A stretch of DNA of 63,401 bases, the filler included, from Octopus bimaculoides (Eukaryota), in the NCBI RefSeq assembly GCF_001194135.2. It is 6 parts of 6 records of this genome, joined end to end, with 100 filler letters (N's around TTAATTAATTAA, not from the genome) between each part and the next. Parts side by side here need not be neighbours in the genome. Positions count along the whole stretch, not along the records: positions 22,968 to 37,528 come from NC_068986.1; 5 more parts are not named here. The stretch is one strand, 5' to 3'. A program made the translations under genes and the position numbers. Positions 23,680 through 37,628 of this stretch are shown piece after piece (the stretch's first letter is position 1; each line of letters opens with the position of its first letter). The notes under the pieces were generated by a model. It saw only the letters and a program-made list of their open reading frames with translations, was not told where the DNA came from and did no database searches.

Positions 23680-24062
23680 CAACACTGCTTCAAAGCCAGA
23701 ACACTACTACTCACCAGTATCATTCGTGGCCTACTTTTTGCAGCGCAACCTCTTTAGAGGAAGCTTAGGATCTTCTAGACCGGTTTTCTGCTACATGTTA
23801 AGTCTTTAGTTTGATCATCAGCATAAAAAAGACTGAAGTAATCCACCAACCTTGCACTACTCCTAAACAAAATTTCCTGACACACCTATAGAGGTTGAAG
23901 GGAAAAACCTAAATTATGTGAAATCATTTACTTATTTTGCTAATAAAGTACATCCGAGCGCTTCCCTTGATGACGAAATCGTCCACCGTCTTGCAAAGGC
24001 AACCAACGCATTTGGCAACTTCCGTCATCGCCTATGGATTTAAAAGGGGCATCAAACTTGAC
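23680..24062 (+). mobile_element. Degenerate RTE-clade (BovB-like) RT fragment
   Basis: IIRGLLFAA, DLLDRFSATC, IISIKKTEVIHQP, SLDDEIVHRLAKATNAFGNFRHRLW and KRGIKLDT, with stops and frameshifts. Confidence 0.75.
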
Positions 24063-24184
24063 ACATATATGTGTGCATGTAATATATGTGTGAGTGTATG
24101 TATACCCCATGAATGTAACCGATAAGCTACTCAGAGAGAGTGATAGCTTTATTTGAAAGATCCTACATATCCTGTGTAGAGGGA

Positions 24185-24400
24185 ATCCATTGTACTACAA
24201 TAATTTGGGATTCAAAGGTTCATAGCTATTTAACAACTTGCAAAGAAACCTGAGCGATTTCACAGCATGAGTCGGTGTTTTCAAGAACCGTCTTGACGTT
24301 CTGTTGTCCAAAATCCCAGATGAAGTTACATTACAGCAGGGCAACTGAAGCCAGTTGAGCAATAAAAACTCATTCATTCACCAAAAGCCAACTATGTGAG
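24185..24400 (+). mobile_element. CR1-like LINE 3' fragment
   Basis: LFNNLQRNLSDFT and GVFKNRLDVLLSKIPDE resemble the ORF2 C-terminus of CR1-type elements. Confidence 0.6.
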
Positions 24401-24737
24401 ATTGGCCATTAAAAAGGTGATGATACTGGTGGTGCCACATCATGACCACAGGCATAAAAGAAATCTACCAAACAAATATATGGCGAAGGGACTCTGCCAA
24501 ATTTTTTGAAAAGCTACGCCGGTTGAGTGATCACCTTGCAGGTGAACATCTCTGATCTTTGAAGATGTAGGGTTATCTCACTTCACACCATCAAGCAATT
24601 TTATGATCGAAGAGCGGGGTGATGATGCAGCTAGTCGGAGAAGTAGAGAGAAGGAGGGAGAGGGAGGGAGAAAGTGAGAAAGAGAGAGAGAGAGCAAGAT
24701 TTCGGAAATGACTGCAATAAAGTAACGAACGTGGTGC

Positions 24738-24769
<32 letters not shown>

Positions 24770-25570
24770 TGTATGTATGTATGTATGCATGTATGTATGT
24801 ATCTACGTATGTATGTATGTATGTATGTGTGCATGTATGTGTATGTGTGAGTGTGTGTGTGTGTCTAAAATAAAATAAACCTGTGTGTGTGTTTGTGTGT
24901 GTGTATTCGCTTTTCACACGAAAACGGCCGCGCCAATTGCTTCCTGACTTGGGATGCATGAATAATTTGACCTTGGATACATAATAGGGTCTTCAGATTA
25001 TGTTGTTTTTTTTATCAAAAATAAATAATATTGCTTTATATATATATGATTCACTTCTTTAAAAAGGTTTCTCGATGTNNNNNNNNNNNNNNNNNNNNNN
25101 NNNNNNNNNNNNNNNNNNNNNNNNNNNNNNNNNNNNNNNNNNNNNNNNNNNNNNNNNNNNNNNNNNNNNNNNNNNNNNNNNNNNNNNNNNNNNNNNNNNN
25201 NNNNNNNNNNNNNNNNNNNNNNNNNNNNNNNNNNNNNNNNNNNNNNNNNNNNNNNNNNNNNNNNNNNNNNNNNNNNNNNNNNNNNNNNNNNNNNNNNNNN
25301 NNNNNNNNNNNNNNNNNNNNNNNNNNNNNNNNNNNNNNNNNNNNNNNNNNNNNNNNNNNNNNNNNNNNNNNNNNNNNNNNNNNNNNNNNNNNNNNNNNNN
25401 NNNNNNNNNNNNNNNNNNNNNNNNNNNNNNNNNNNNNNNNNNNNNNNNNNNNNNNNNNNNNNNNNNNNNNNNNNNNNNNNNNNNNNNNNNNNNNNNNNNN
25501 NNNNNNNNNNNNNNNNNNNNNNNNNNNNNNNNNNNNNNNNNNNNNNNNNNNNNNNNNNNNNNNNNNAACA

Positions 25571-25611
<41 letters not shown>

Positions 25612-25789
25612 GGAGTGTATACCTGTGTCTGTGTGTCTGTGTATTTGTACGTGAGCATCTGTATATTTGTCTGTCTGTCAGTCTCCCGCCAGCGTAACTA
25701 CCTTTGTATATTAGCTCATACAATCACAAACTCAAAGAATTGCTTCTGATGACGTCTGGTCTCCTACGTCTTACTGTTTCCCCCCTCTG

Positions 25790-26174
25790 TCTACATTTCA
25801 TTCTCTTTCCTTCACTCCCACCTCTCTCTTTCTCTCTCTCTCTCTCTGTCACTCCCTCCCTCTCTCTTAGTCCCCCTCTCTGTTACACATACACACGCGC
25901 GCTCTCGAACGTTTATCTATGTCTGTCTCCCATCAAACCAATTTACATTTAGCTTGTTACAAACCTTTTCATTTCCACTATAAACCCGTGTTTGTCTCCG
26001 CTTCACCACCTAATACCACCACCATCAATCTCACCGATATCCACACCCCGACACTTCCAATGCTCTCTATTGCACTCATCGACACTTTCCACTCCATCTA
26101 CCATCTTCCTTTTCCCGCCTTCCTATACACCGCCACTCGTTATGCTCTTTTCAGTCTCTCTCACCTTCTATCAG

Positions 26175-26210
<36 letters not shown>

Positions 26211-26461
26211 TCCGTCCCTTGGTTTCTCTCTGCCTTTTATATTATATTTTGTTCACCTCATTCTCTTTCACGCTGTTTCTTTAAATCTGTAGCTCTCTCT
26301 CTCTTTCTTTCTCCTTCTCTCTCTCTTTGTCTCTCTCCTTCTCTCTCTCTTTTTTTCTCTCTCCTTCTTTCTCTTTCTCTCTCTCTCCTTCTTTCTCTCA
26401 CTGTCCACGCGCTCTCTCTACGCTTTCCTACTGTTCTGTTTTAATTCCCTCACACACATCT

Positions 26462-26498
<37 letters not shown>

Positions 26499-27010
26499 CT
26501 TTGTAGCTCTCTAGCTCTCTCCTTCTCTCCCTCCCTCTCTCTCACAGACACTCCCTCTTTCCTTCCCTCTTCCTCTCCCCTTCTCTTTCTCTCTCTCCCC
26601 ATCCGTCTTTCGCTCCCTCACACACTCTGTAGATATTTCTGCTTGACTCTCTTTATTCTCTCACACAGTATTTTTCTCGTTTTTTTTTCCTTTCTTTCAC
26701 AGTCTCTTTATCTCTCATTTTTCTTCTGCTCATTTATATGCTTTTTTTATTTATAGTTTTTAATCAGCCTTACTTTTTTTTTACAAAGCCCTTCTCTGTC
26801 TCATCTCTCTCTTCCTCTTTCTCACTATCCTCTTTCTCTCTTTCACTATCCTCTTTCTCTTTCTCACCCCTCTTTCTCTCTTTCATTCCCCACTTTCTCT
26901 CTCTTCTCTCTCCTTCTCTCTCTCTCTCTCTCTCTTTCTCTCCCCCTCTTTCTACTTTCCCGTTGTGTCAAATGCTTTCTCTCAATGACATCTCTATTTT
27001 CGTCCTTCTT
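25790..27010 (+). repeat. ~1.2-kb degenerate (CT)n pyrimidine-rich tract
   Basis: Visible CT/TC low-complexity sequence. It generates the spurious LSLSL ORFs. Confidence 0.9.
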
Positions 27011-27577
27011 TTCTTCACACCCAACCAACCACCTCTACGGTCACCCGCCATGTATTATTATTGCCATCACCTCCGCTATCGCCAGTATAATCAACATCAC
27101 TACTACTAACGTCATCATCATCATCATCATCATCATCACATTCAATGCTACCTTCGTTGTTTCCTGTTCCTCTTACCGCTCCCCCACAACCAAAGATCGC
27201 CTCGCCCTTTTTGTTAATTTCTTTCTTATTTTATATATATATATATATATATAATTTTTAGGTTTTTTTAGCTTTGTTTCCTGCAATTTTTGTTTTGTTT
27301 TAGTTGTTTGTTATCGTCCACCGGTGCCCTCTGTCCAATTTCATACTCTCTAGCTGCATAAATCAAGCAAGAGCTTACATACGGTTATTTGACATCAAAG
27401 ACATTCGGTATAACAAATAAATAAATAAGAAAATAAATAAACAAATAAATGCTAACAATAACATCGCTAATAATATTAGTAGTATTAACATCACCAACAC
27501 TACCAACAACAACAACAACAGCAACAATAATAATGATAATAATAGTCATGATGACGACAACGACGACGACGATGACG

Positions 27578-27610
<33 letters not shown>

Positions 27611-28470
27611 TTGAATGACAAGGAAAAAATAAATAACAAACGGATCATTAATAAAATATAAAATCAAAGACAAATGAATAAAATTAATGACAAATAGTAA
27701 AAATATATATTTTTCATTTTTATTTATTTTTATTTATTTTTATTTTACTTTTTGAAGGCGGCTCTACATCAAAAGAAACCTGAGTTTTTTGGTGAAAAAA
27801 AATAAATAATAAACGAGCAAATTCTACTACACTACATTCCGCAACACACGCACGAACATGTATATATATATATATATATATANNNNNNNNNNNNNNNNNN
27901 NNNNNNNNNNNNNNNNNNNNNNNNNNNNNNNNNNNNNNNNNNNNNNNNNNNNNNNNNNNNNNNNNNNNNNNNNNNNNNNNNNNNNNNNNNNNNNNNNNNN
28001 NNNNNNNNNNNNNNNNNNNNNNNNNNNNNNNNNNNNNNNNNNNNNNNNNNNNNNNNNNNNNNNNNNNNNNNNNNNNNNNNNNNNNNNNNNNNNNNNNNNN
28101 NNNNNNNNNNNNNNNNNNNNNNNNNNNNNNNNNNNNNNNNNNNNNNNNNNNNNNNNNNNNNNNNNNNNNNNNNNNNNNNNNNNNNNNNNNNNNNNNNNNN
28201 NNNNNNNNNNNNNNNNNNNNNNNNNNNNNNNNNNNNNNNNNNNNNNNNNNNNNNNNNNNNNNNNNNNNNNNNNNNNNNNNNNNNNNNNNNNNNNNNNNNN
28301 NNNNNNNNNNNNNNNNNNNNNNNNNNNNNNNNNNNNNNNNNNNNNNNNNNNNNNNNNNNNNNNNNNNNNNNNNNNNNNNNNNNNNNNNNNNNNNNNNNNN
28401 NNNNNNNNNNNNNNNNNNNNNNNNNNNNNNNNNNNNNNNNNNNNNNNNNNNNNNNNNNNNNNNNNNNNNN

Positions 28471-28515
<45 letters not shown>

Positions 28516-29137
28516 CATGTAAATATGAATATTTATGTTACACCCCATATATATGTGCATATACATGAATATATATGCATTTATATATATCAAAATCATT
28601 AAGATTATTATTGTTGTTGTTGTTGTTGTATTTGGTATTGTTATTGTTATTATTACTATAACTGGGTTGACTGTCAGATGATACGCGAAATTTCTCGAAT
28701 GTCGTTGATGGCCTAACATTGAGTTATGCGTTGTGTGTCACTCGCGAAGCTCGGAGTAGCAATAGAGTCTAGTCATAACATTACGATAACTATGAGTAGG
28801 GACCCGTCGTTTGGAGAGTTAACGCTTCGTACTCATATACATACATACATGCATGCATTTAAGTATATGAGAGAATGTCTAGATATGCAAGTATATGAAT
28901 GAGAAGACATACATAAAACAAAACATACAATCTGCACGTATACACACATACATACGTGCGTACATACATACATACATATATGCATACATACATACATATA
29001 TACATACATACATACGTACAAAAATACCCTGTTGTAGATGTTGAAATTCCAATGAAGGAGCCTTGATTCCGAATTAGAAACCGTCTTTTTCTCTATTGGC
29101 AAGAAATTTTGAAATGAAATAATGACATACACACATA

Positions 29138-29231
<94 letters not shown>

Positions 29232-29614
29232 CAAATATGTGTGCTTGTATATATGTGCATATATGCATATATGTATGTATGTGTGCATGTATATAATATA
29301 TTGAAAGTACGAATATGCAAACAGCTGGTTTCTATTAAGATGCTGGCATTTATGTATTTAAGTATAATTACTTGGTAGTTACAAAGACGTTGGTCATATT
29401 ATATAAGGAAAAACGTGAGCTGATACTCTGTTACAGCTGTTTCCAGAATAGTTGTGCATATGGTGCATTTCCTTGTAAATGAAGGAAAAACTATCCGTAT
29501 AGCAGCTACCTATTACATCTTCAGAAGAAAAGAATGCGGTAGATTCTTAGGAGAAGATTTTTTTGTGGTTATTTCTATCGCTGGAGTGAGAGACTGTTCA
29601 TACATTCATTATTC

Positions 29615-29645
<31 letters not shown>

Positions 29646-30559
29646 NNNNNNNNNNNNNNNNNNNNNNNNNNNNNNNNNNNNNNNNNNNNNNNNNNNNNNN
29701 NNNNNNNNNNNNNNNNNNNNNNNNNNNNNNNNNNNNNNNNNNNNNNNNNNNNNNNNNNNNNNNNNNNNNNNNNNNNNNNNNNNNNNNNNNNNNNNNNNNN
29801 NNNNNNNNNNNNNNNNNNNNNNNNNNNNNNNNNNNNNNNNNNNNNNNNNNNNNNNNNNNNNNNNNNNNNNNNNNNNNNNNNNNNNNNNNNNNNNNNNNNN
29901 NNNNNNNNNNNNNNNNNNNNNNNNNNNNNNNNNNNNNNNNNNNNNNNNNNNNNNNNNNNNNNNNNNNNNNNNNNNNNNNNNNNNNNNNNNNNNNNNNNNN
30001 NNNNNNNNNNNNNNNNNNNNNNNNNNNNNNNNNNNNNNNNNNNNNNNNNNNNNNNNNNNNNNNNNNNNNNNNNNNNNNNNNNNNNNNNNNNNNNNNNNNN
30101 NNNNNNNNNNNNNNNNNNNNNNNNNNNNNNNNNNNNNNNNNNNNNNNNNNNNNNNNNNNNNNNNNNNNNNNNNNNNNNNNNNNNNNNNNNNNNNNNNNNN
30201 NNNNNNNNNNNNNNNNNTATATATATATATATATATATGTATGCATGTACGTATATATGTAAATATGTAAGCATACACCATGCACACGCATACATACATA
30301 CATACATACATACAAACATATACTGAAAGGGCCACGGCTAGAAATGCGGCTTGATATTTTTATTTTTATTAACTGGTAATTGTTGCTTAAATTGCTCATA
30401 ATATCTCTTCTTTAATACAAAGACACTATTCAAAGTAAATTTCGTAATAAGCAATACATCGCGCCACCGTCGAACCTAAGTCTCAAATCTTCTATAAAAT
30501 AATTCAAGTGAGCTCAGTCGTAGCACCTTCTTCACAGCCACCACCATCTCTTTTTGTCA

Positions 30560-30960
30560 ACAGATTTTTGTCCACGAATATTGCTTTTGTTTGGACTGAA
30601 CAGATGGAAATTAGGCGACACCAGATCGGGAATTTACTATGAAGGACAATTGATCGTCTTAATTTCCGATTGCCTGGTTTGTGTGAAAGGGGTTAACAGT
30701 CGTGCATTGCCATGGTAAATGGGGGTAGTTTTTATATTCTTGTTTAGTAACTTTCTTCTAATGTGTTCTTTTATATTTTTCAGTATCTTCATCCATCTGT
30801 ACACATTGCTCGTATCAACGGCGTCACCTCTGAAACAACCTGTTGCCTTCTGCAGATATCGGACAACCTGCACAACTTACTTCCACAAAATTTGAATGGC
30901 AGCACTTTGCTTTTGATTGAAAAACATTATTTAACTGCAATGAAGAATGACATGAAGAAG
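30560..30960 (-). mobile_element. Internally deleted mariner transposase relic
   Basis: GDAVDTSNVYRW (HTH), HGNAR (HDNAR-like) and PDLVSPNFHLFSP (PDLAPSDFHLF-like) on the minus strand. Confidence 0.6.
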
Positions 30961-31134
30961 GGCTACAAAAGTTAGTCTACCAACATATGCAATTTAAACA
31001 ACATAAGGCAGGTGTTAAAAAGGGTATGCTACCTTCAGCAGTCTTTTTTCTTTGCTTCTATTATATACTGTATATATGTATACATACACATGTACATGAA
31101 CACACCCACAAACACACACAGTAAGATACACACA

Positions 31135-31218
<84 letters not shown>

Positions 31219-32311
31219 GACCACCATATGTGTGTGTGTGTGTGTGCGTGTTAGTATATATATATGACATTATTAACGTCCTCGATCGCATTTGGGCGGA
31301 GGGTTCACTGCTCTAATTTCCCGTTTGTTCATTAAGTATTTCTGAACTCTCTCCTTATTTTTGCAATGCGAAACATAAATATCGAAACGTAGCGTGATGC
31401 AACGGCCCCGGGCCCAAGATAGCCCGCACTCATTCTTAATATGAACTTCATCTCTAAAATAACAGAAAATACGTCTATACCTTAGTACCGCATATCTTAT
31501 GCGTATATATAAGTTACGTAAGTATGAGCGCATGGACGTCTAAGCATAACTATGTATGGTTATGTATAAATGCATACGTATTATTATACAAAGTAATCGA
31601 ATCTACAGAGCCGAAAGTCAGCAGCGAATAAAGTGAAATTTAACTCTTGTAAAGTAGCTATACTGAAAATAGAAATTACTCAGTGCTCTGTTATCTGGTT
31701 TTTGTCATGTCAATCCTCATAATAATAATTTATTAAAATAAGGCTTAAGGTCAATATTATAATGATAGTTATTGTCGGGTTAGATGACAGTAATCACTTA
31801 CTTTTATTATTTGCAGTTTGGTGTTTGCTGATTGAACTTGAGAATCTTAGCAGTGAGAAGCTAAGGTAGAAAAAGATCATGGAAACATAGTGTTTCGTGT
31901 GAAGTTGGGTATGAGACAGAGTAACGATAATGACTGGAGGGAGGGTTCAATCACGGGATCTTGATTTAGTAAGGGATCAGTTTTCGAATCCAGAGAGGCA
32001 GAGGCTGTATTAATTACAGTAGAAAGCGCAGAACATCCACAAGTTTATTATGAGTGAGTGCGTGTAATGTGTTGATAGGTGAATCGTTATAAGTCAATGT
32101 TACAGTCCAAGAACTTCTTTATACAGATAGATAACCACCCAAACGAACCTCATAATTAAATTTTCGCATCGTTTAATATAAATAACAGTCTATTTAACTT
32201 CAGCAAATGTTCACCTACAGGTGAAACTCAAAGTAGCAAGAGAATCACTCGACTAAAGTATAGTATATTATTTAGGATATTATACTCACAAAATGGTGAG
32301 TATAATAGTTT

Positions 32312-32771
32312 TCGCAAATTACTAATCGAACACAGACCGTGTCTCGTTAACCAGTTGGAGGAGATGTCTTCCTGGGGCTAAAACAACAGTAACACCGTCC
32401 TCTATAGGACCGCCACATTTAGTTGGCAAATATATTTTACGATTCCGTACTGTTTCTGTTTATCTCCCACTCAGAGATCTAATATAACTTATCTCCCGCT
32501 TTACGAGGTCAGCAACACTATGTCGCTAGAAAAAGGATAGAGTATTTTACGAGTGGAATGAGTTCTTCATTACTAGCCAGTGATTAACATACACTGAAGA
32601 AACCCGGGTCTGTGTGTATCACGTAAGGGTAAAGATAGGAGCAGAGGCCTCCCTCGCAAATACTAATCGGACACAGACTGTGTGACGTTGGCCAACTGGA
32701 GGAGATGTCTTCCTGGAGCTAAAATCATCAGTAACACCCTTCTCTATATGACCGCCACATTTAGATAGCAA

Positions 32772-32777
<6 letters not shown>
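32312..32777 (+). repeat. Two ~120-bp direct repeats (32312-32436 and 32654-32777)
   Basis: Shared TCGCAAAT.ACTAATCG.ACACAGAC...GGAGGAGATGTCTTCCTGG.GCTAAAA...CAGTAACACC...GACCGCCACATTTAG...GCAAATAT. Confidence 0.8.
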
Positions 32778-32819
<42 letters not shown>

Positions 32820-34081
32820 GAGGGAGGGAGAAGGAGAGAATGAGAAAGATGGAGGGTGAGACAATCAAAGAGACAGACAGATACATACAGACGTACGTAC
32901 GTACGTACATACATTATATATTCTCGATTCTTTTGACGTCACCCATTACTATTCAAAAGAAAATCTTGGTATTTTCAGTTTGACTGGGCAAATGGATTTT
33001 ATTGATCACTTTGTTGGTATTAGTACAACACCTACTTTCTGGACACTGATGTTTCGGACTCTCTTATAATCATCAATAATTTACGAACAGGAACTTCAAA
33101 TTCCCGCAGATCCCCAGAAAAGTATACTGGTATCTTTCTCAGACTAATGCTTTGCATAGTATAGTATTAATCTAGGGTTAGTCGATTACATCGGCCCCAA
33201 TGCTTAACTGGCACACATTTCATCGGCTCTGGAAGGGATGAAAGGCTAAGCTGTCTTCGTCTGAATTTGAACTCAGAACGGTAGGACAGATTGAATGCCG
33301 CTAAGTATTTAGCCCGGCGTACTAACGATTCTGACAGCTCATGGCATCATAGCATGGCATCATAGTGGAGTACATATGAACTTTACTATAATACAAATGA
33401 ACTTATATCATTGGTACTAATGTACAGGTACCTATATTTCATTTGATTATTCAAGTAAATTTAATATTTGTCTAATTTAGAGAGTGTTCACCCATGTGAC
33501 AACAACTGCTTCGGAAAAGTCGACGTTGTAACCTATTCTTTATCGTATCGATCCCGAGAGGATGGAAGTCGAATTTGATCTCGGCATGGTTTGAACTCGG
33601 AACGTAAACAACCAAAAGAAACACCGCAATTTATTTCGTCACATGCTTTAAAAACTCTACTAAATCATCGCCATCGTACATTTAGTTAAATGCGATGAGA
33701 AAACAGAGTTTGTCTCAATATAATTCCCCTTTTCTTCGCCATAGTTTTCGAGAAGTTCAACACTAGCAGCTACAGAATTCGGTGTACGATATACTGTAAC
33801 ACGACAATTTGTCTACTCGCTTTTCAATCATTTCAGCTTATAGAAGAGCTAAATAGTAATTCTATACATTAATTTCAGAAGCATGAATTCGCGTAAAATT
33901 AGAGATTCATTATGTTTTCACAGAACAGTTGCAACTTCACTGGTTCTTAAGTACTTGCAATGTGCCTCTTCTTCGAAAATGAAAACCTTATCGCCGAAGA
34001 ATTCATTCAGTGATGCAGTTATCTTGAGAGAGGAGGTTAATTAATTGTTAAATATGTGACGAGTTTATTGAAACGTCATGT

Positions 34082-34083
34082 AT

Positions 34084-34120
<37 letters not shown>

Positions 34121-34149
34121 GCTACTGTTGCTGCTGCTGCTGCTGCCGC

Positions 34150-34180
<31 letters not shown>

Positions 34181-34433
34181 ACTTCTACTACTACTGCTGC
34201 TGCTGCTGCTGCTTTTACTGCTATTACTGCTGCTACTACTACTACTACTACTACTACTACCACTACTACTACCACTACTACTACTACCACTACTACTACC
34301 ACTNNNNNNNNNNNNNNNNNNNNNNNNNNNNNNNNNNNNNNNNNNNNNNNNNNNNNNNNNNNNNNNNNNNNNNNNNNNNNNNNNNNNNNNNNNNNNNNNN
34401 NNNNNNNNNNNNNNNNNNNNNNNNNNNNNNNNN

Positions 34434-34469
<36 letters not shown>

Positions 34470-34624
34470 CTACTGCTGCTGCTACTGCTGCTGCTACTGC
34501 TGCTGCTACTGCTGCTGCTACTGCTGCTGCTACTGCTGCTGCTACTGCTATTACTGCTGCTGTTACTACTACTACTACTACTAGTACTACTACTACTACT
34601 TGTACTTCCACGCTGCTGCTGCTT

Positions 34625-34670
<46 letters not shown>

Positions 34671-34712
34671 CATTGCTGCTGCTGCTGCTGCCATTACTAC
34701 TACTCTGCTGTC
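34082..34712. repeat. Compound (CTA)n/(CTG)n/(CCA)n trinucleotide array spanning a gap
   Basis: Directly visible. Produces the poly-Y/C, poly-L and poly-V/A ORFs. Confidence 0.95.
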
Positions 34713-34992
34713 AAATAGCTGATCACGAGCCAATGATGATACCTGACAAATTCTCCGTCCATTTGCCTGAAATAGCAGCAGAACCTCACTTAAAATACAT
34801 TCAACCATTTTAAAAATATAAAGCGGATGGACACAGATACCTTAAAGTGGCCGGATCGCCATGGTTGGAAAGTCTTTGATTGTGATTCTCTTCGCTCAGG
34901 GTTTAACAACAACAACAACCCATTGCTCTACATTGGGTTCATTGATAAGGTAGCTATCCCCAAATGCACTGCAAACACACGTAGATGCACGT

Positions 34993-35046
<54 letters not shown>

Positions 35047-35132
35047 ACAGACATACACCATGCATACATACACAAAGACGCACTTATTTGCACTGTTGTA
35101 CACATTAACGACATCACCATCAAGAAAAGCAA

Positions 35133-35192
<60 letters not shown>

Positions 35193-35729
35193 TAAAGAAA
35201 TACTGAAAAAAGTTACATCAATGGTATTAGAAATATAAAATAAAAATAACAACGACAGCAATAACAAGAACAACAACAAAAGAGATGAGGCACCGGCAAT
35301 AAATAAATAGAGAAACATCAACAACCGCAAAATAACGAAAATAAAAGGCAACAATTACTATATTGAAAGCATTAAAAAAAGACGGAAAAAACGAAGAAAA
35401 CAAGAGAAAAAAAACAGTAAGAACATGAAGACGACTAGGCGAACATTAAAAAGCAAGAGGAACACCGTTGAATAGATCAAAGACTATCTGATATAACAGC
35501 AGCTTGAGCAAGTACCATCTTCCAAATGTACGAAGCATATTTCAATGGCTACAGCAGGCTGCTGTATAGAATAACATCAATCATTATTTTATACAGCATT
35601 CTACACACACAACTCACTCATTCATATGGTTCATTCATTTACTCAAACATCAGACTCACTCGCCTCGCTGACATCATCATTCTATAACATAATGAATGTC
35701 ACTGATCACATTTCATTATGATTATATCA

Positions 35730-36830
35730 TTATGAGCTGGCAGTGTCGTTAGTGCGCCGGACAAAATGCTTAGCGGCATTTCTTTCTGGCTATTTATGTT
35801 CTGAGTTCAAATGTCACCGAGGTCGAGTTTACCTTTCATCTTTTTCGGGTCGATAAAATAAAAAAGCAGTCAAGTATTGGGTTCGATGTAACCGACTGAC
35901 TGCATCCCCATCTAAAATGTTGGCCTTGTGCCAAAATTTAATACTATTAAGGTGGTGAACTGGCTGAATCGTTAGCACATCTGAAAAAAAATGTTTAGCC
36001 TCGTGTCTTGCGGTTTTACATTCTGAGTTTCAAATCCGCCGAGGTCGAGGTTGTTTTGCATCCTTTCAAGGTCGATAAAACAATTCTTTCTATTCGAGGC
36101 ACAAAGCCTTGAACATTTTTGGAGAAGGGGGTTACTCGATTACATCGACCCCAGTGCGTAACTGGTACTTAATTTATCGTCTCCGAAAGGATGAAAGACA
36201 AAGTCGACCTCGGCGGAATTTGAACTCAGAGCGTAAAGACGGACGATATACCGCTAAGCATTTCGCCCGGCGTGCTAACGATTCTGCCAGCTCGCCGCTT
36301 TGGTCGATAAAATAATTACCAGTTCAGGACTGGGATCTCTGTAATCAACTAAGCTAATCCCCCCCCCAAAAAAAAAAATTCCGACCTTGATCCTTTAGAA
36401 GAAAGAATTATTTTTGCAAAACACTTAGAGTGTCGAACTGGTAGAATCGTTACAGTGCTGAACAAAATTCTTTACAGCAGCACTTCCAGTTTAAATTCCA
36501 CTAAGATCGATTTTCCCTTTCATCCTTTCGGTGTCGATAAAATAAGTACCAGTTGAACCGACTAGCACCCCCGTACCCGGTTTCAGGCCTTTTCTTATAC
36601 TCCTTTCTAATATAGGCACAAGGCCTGGAACTTTGGATGAGGTGCAAGTCGACTACATCGACCCCAGTACTCAACTGGTACATAATTTATCTTCCCCGAA
36701 AGGATGAAAGGCAAAGTCGACCTCGGTGGGATTTGAACTCAGAACGTAAAGACGGTTGAAATGCCACTAAGCATCTCATCCTGCGTGCTAACCATTCTGC
36801 TAGTTCGCTGTCTTCCTTGTACCTATGATA
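35730..36830. mobile_element. Cluster of about six family A SINE copies in mixed orientation
   Basis: + copies near 35735, 35950, 36300, 36430 and - copies near 36090-36300 and 36590-36810. CpGs largely intact. Confidence 0.8.
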
Positions 36831-37480
36831 GAAAGAATCATTATTATTACGAAGTACTCCTCACTCATTGTCAACGCCACAACCGCCAAATATTTTGAAG
36901 TTGGTACCGTGTCTGCGAAAGATCAGACAGTGACTCAACCCTGTCGTATTACCGATTTCAGTTTTGTAAATTCTTCTCTTAAATTGAGATCCTCGTGCGA
37001 CATGAAGCCACCTTTCTCTTTGTATAGTATTATTAGCAGGTTATCATCGATGTTCACCTCTCTTATCGATTGATTAAATTCACATATATATATATCATTA
37101 GCAACATTTACTTAACGTATATGCTTCGTGTATACTATTGGTACGTGGGCTACTATTGGTGCGGTGGAGTGTATGCTCTTTCAAAGTGCCGGGTGTTAAA
37201 ACATTTGAAGTCATGAACAGGCGAGATAACTCACTTACACTCCCATCTAGATGTGATGGACATCGATAGGTTCGCCATTTTTGTAGCTTGTAAACTTCAC
37301 GTACCGAAAAGGATCGGAGGCGAATGACCTCGCCAGTCCAAGGTTTGCATGCTCATGGCATGCAAACCATGTACTGGTATGCTCGGCAAATGCATACGTA
37401 AGAATAGATTTAAATATGAAATAGAAGAAGCTTTATTATAGTAAATTGGTTAATGATATTTATTATACTGGAACTGCTTA

Positions 37481-37512
<32 letters not shown>

Positions 37513-37528
37513 CATACATACATACATA

Positions 37529-37628
37529 NNNNNNNNNNNNNNNNNNNNNNNNNNNNNNNNNNNNNNNNNNNNTTAATTAATTAANNNNNNNNNNNNNNNN
37601 NNNNNNNNNNNNNNNNNNNNNNNNNNNN
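37529..37628. other. Artificial scaffold join (N44-TTAATTAATTAA-N44)
   Basis: Same spacer as at 22868. Confidence 0.95.

Noticed and set aside
24998-30399. Long ORFs of 200-295 aa in the track (also 34048-34718, 52174-52959, 54106-54757, 58045-58697)
   Set aside because: They consist of N runs and microsatellite translations (YIYI, CVCV, LSLS, poly-L/V).
31816-31866. AG...GT-bounded stretch WCLLIELENLSSEKL as the next MSH4 exon
   Set aside because: No similarity to the expected SGKSTYLKQ continuation, and it lies beyond an artificial join.
36850-37075. Exon-like minus-strand reading SIREVNIDDNLLIILYKEKGGF...FADTVPTSKYL
   Set aside because: Two in-frame stops, no polypyrimidine acceptor and no family I can recognise.
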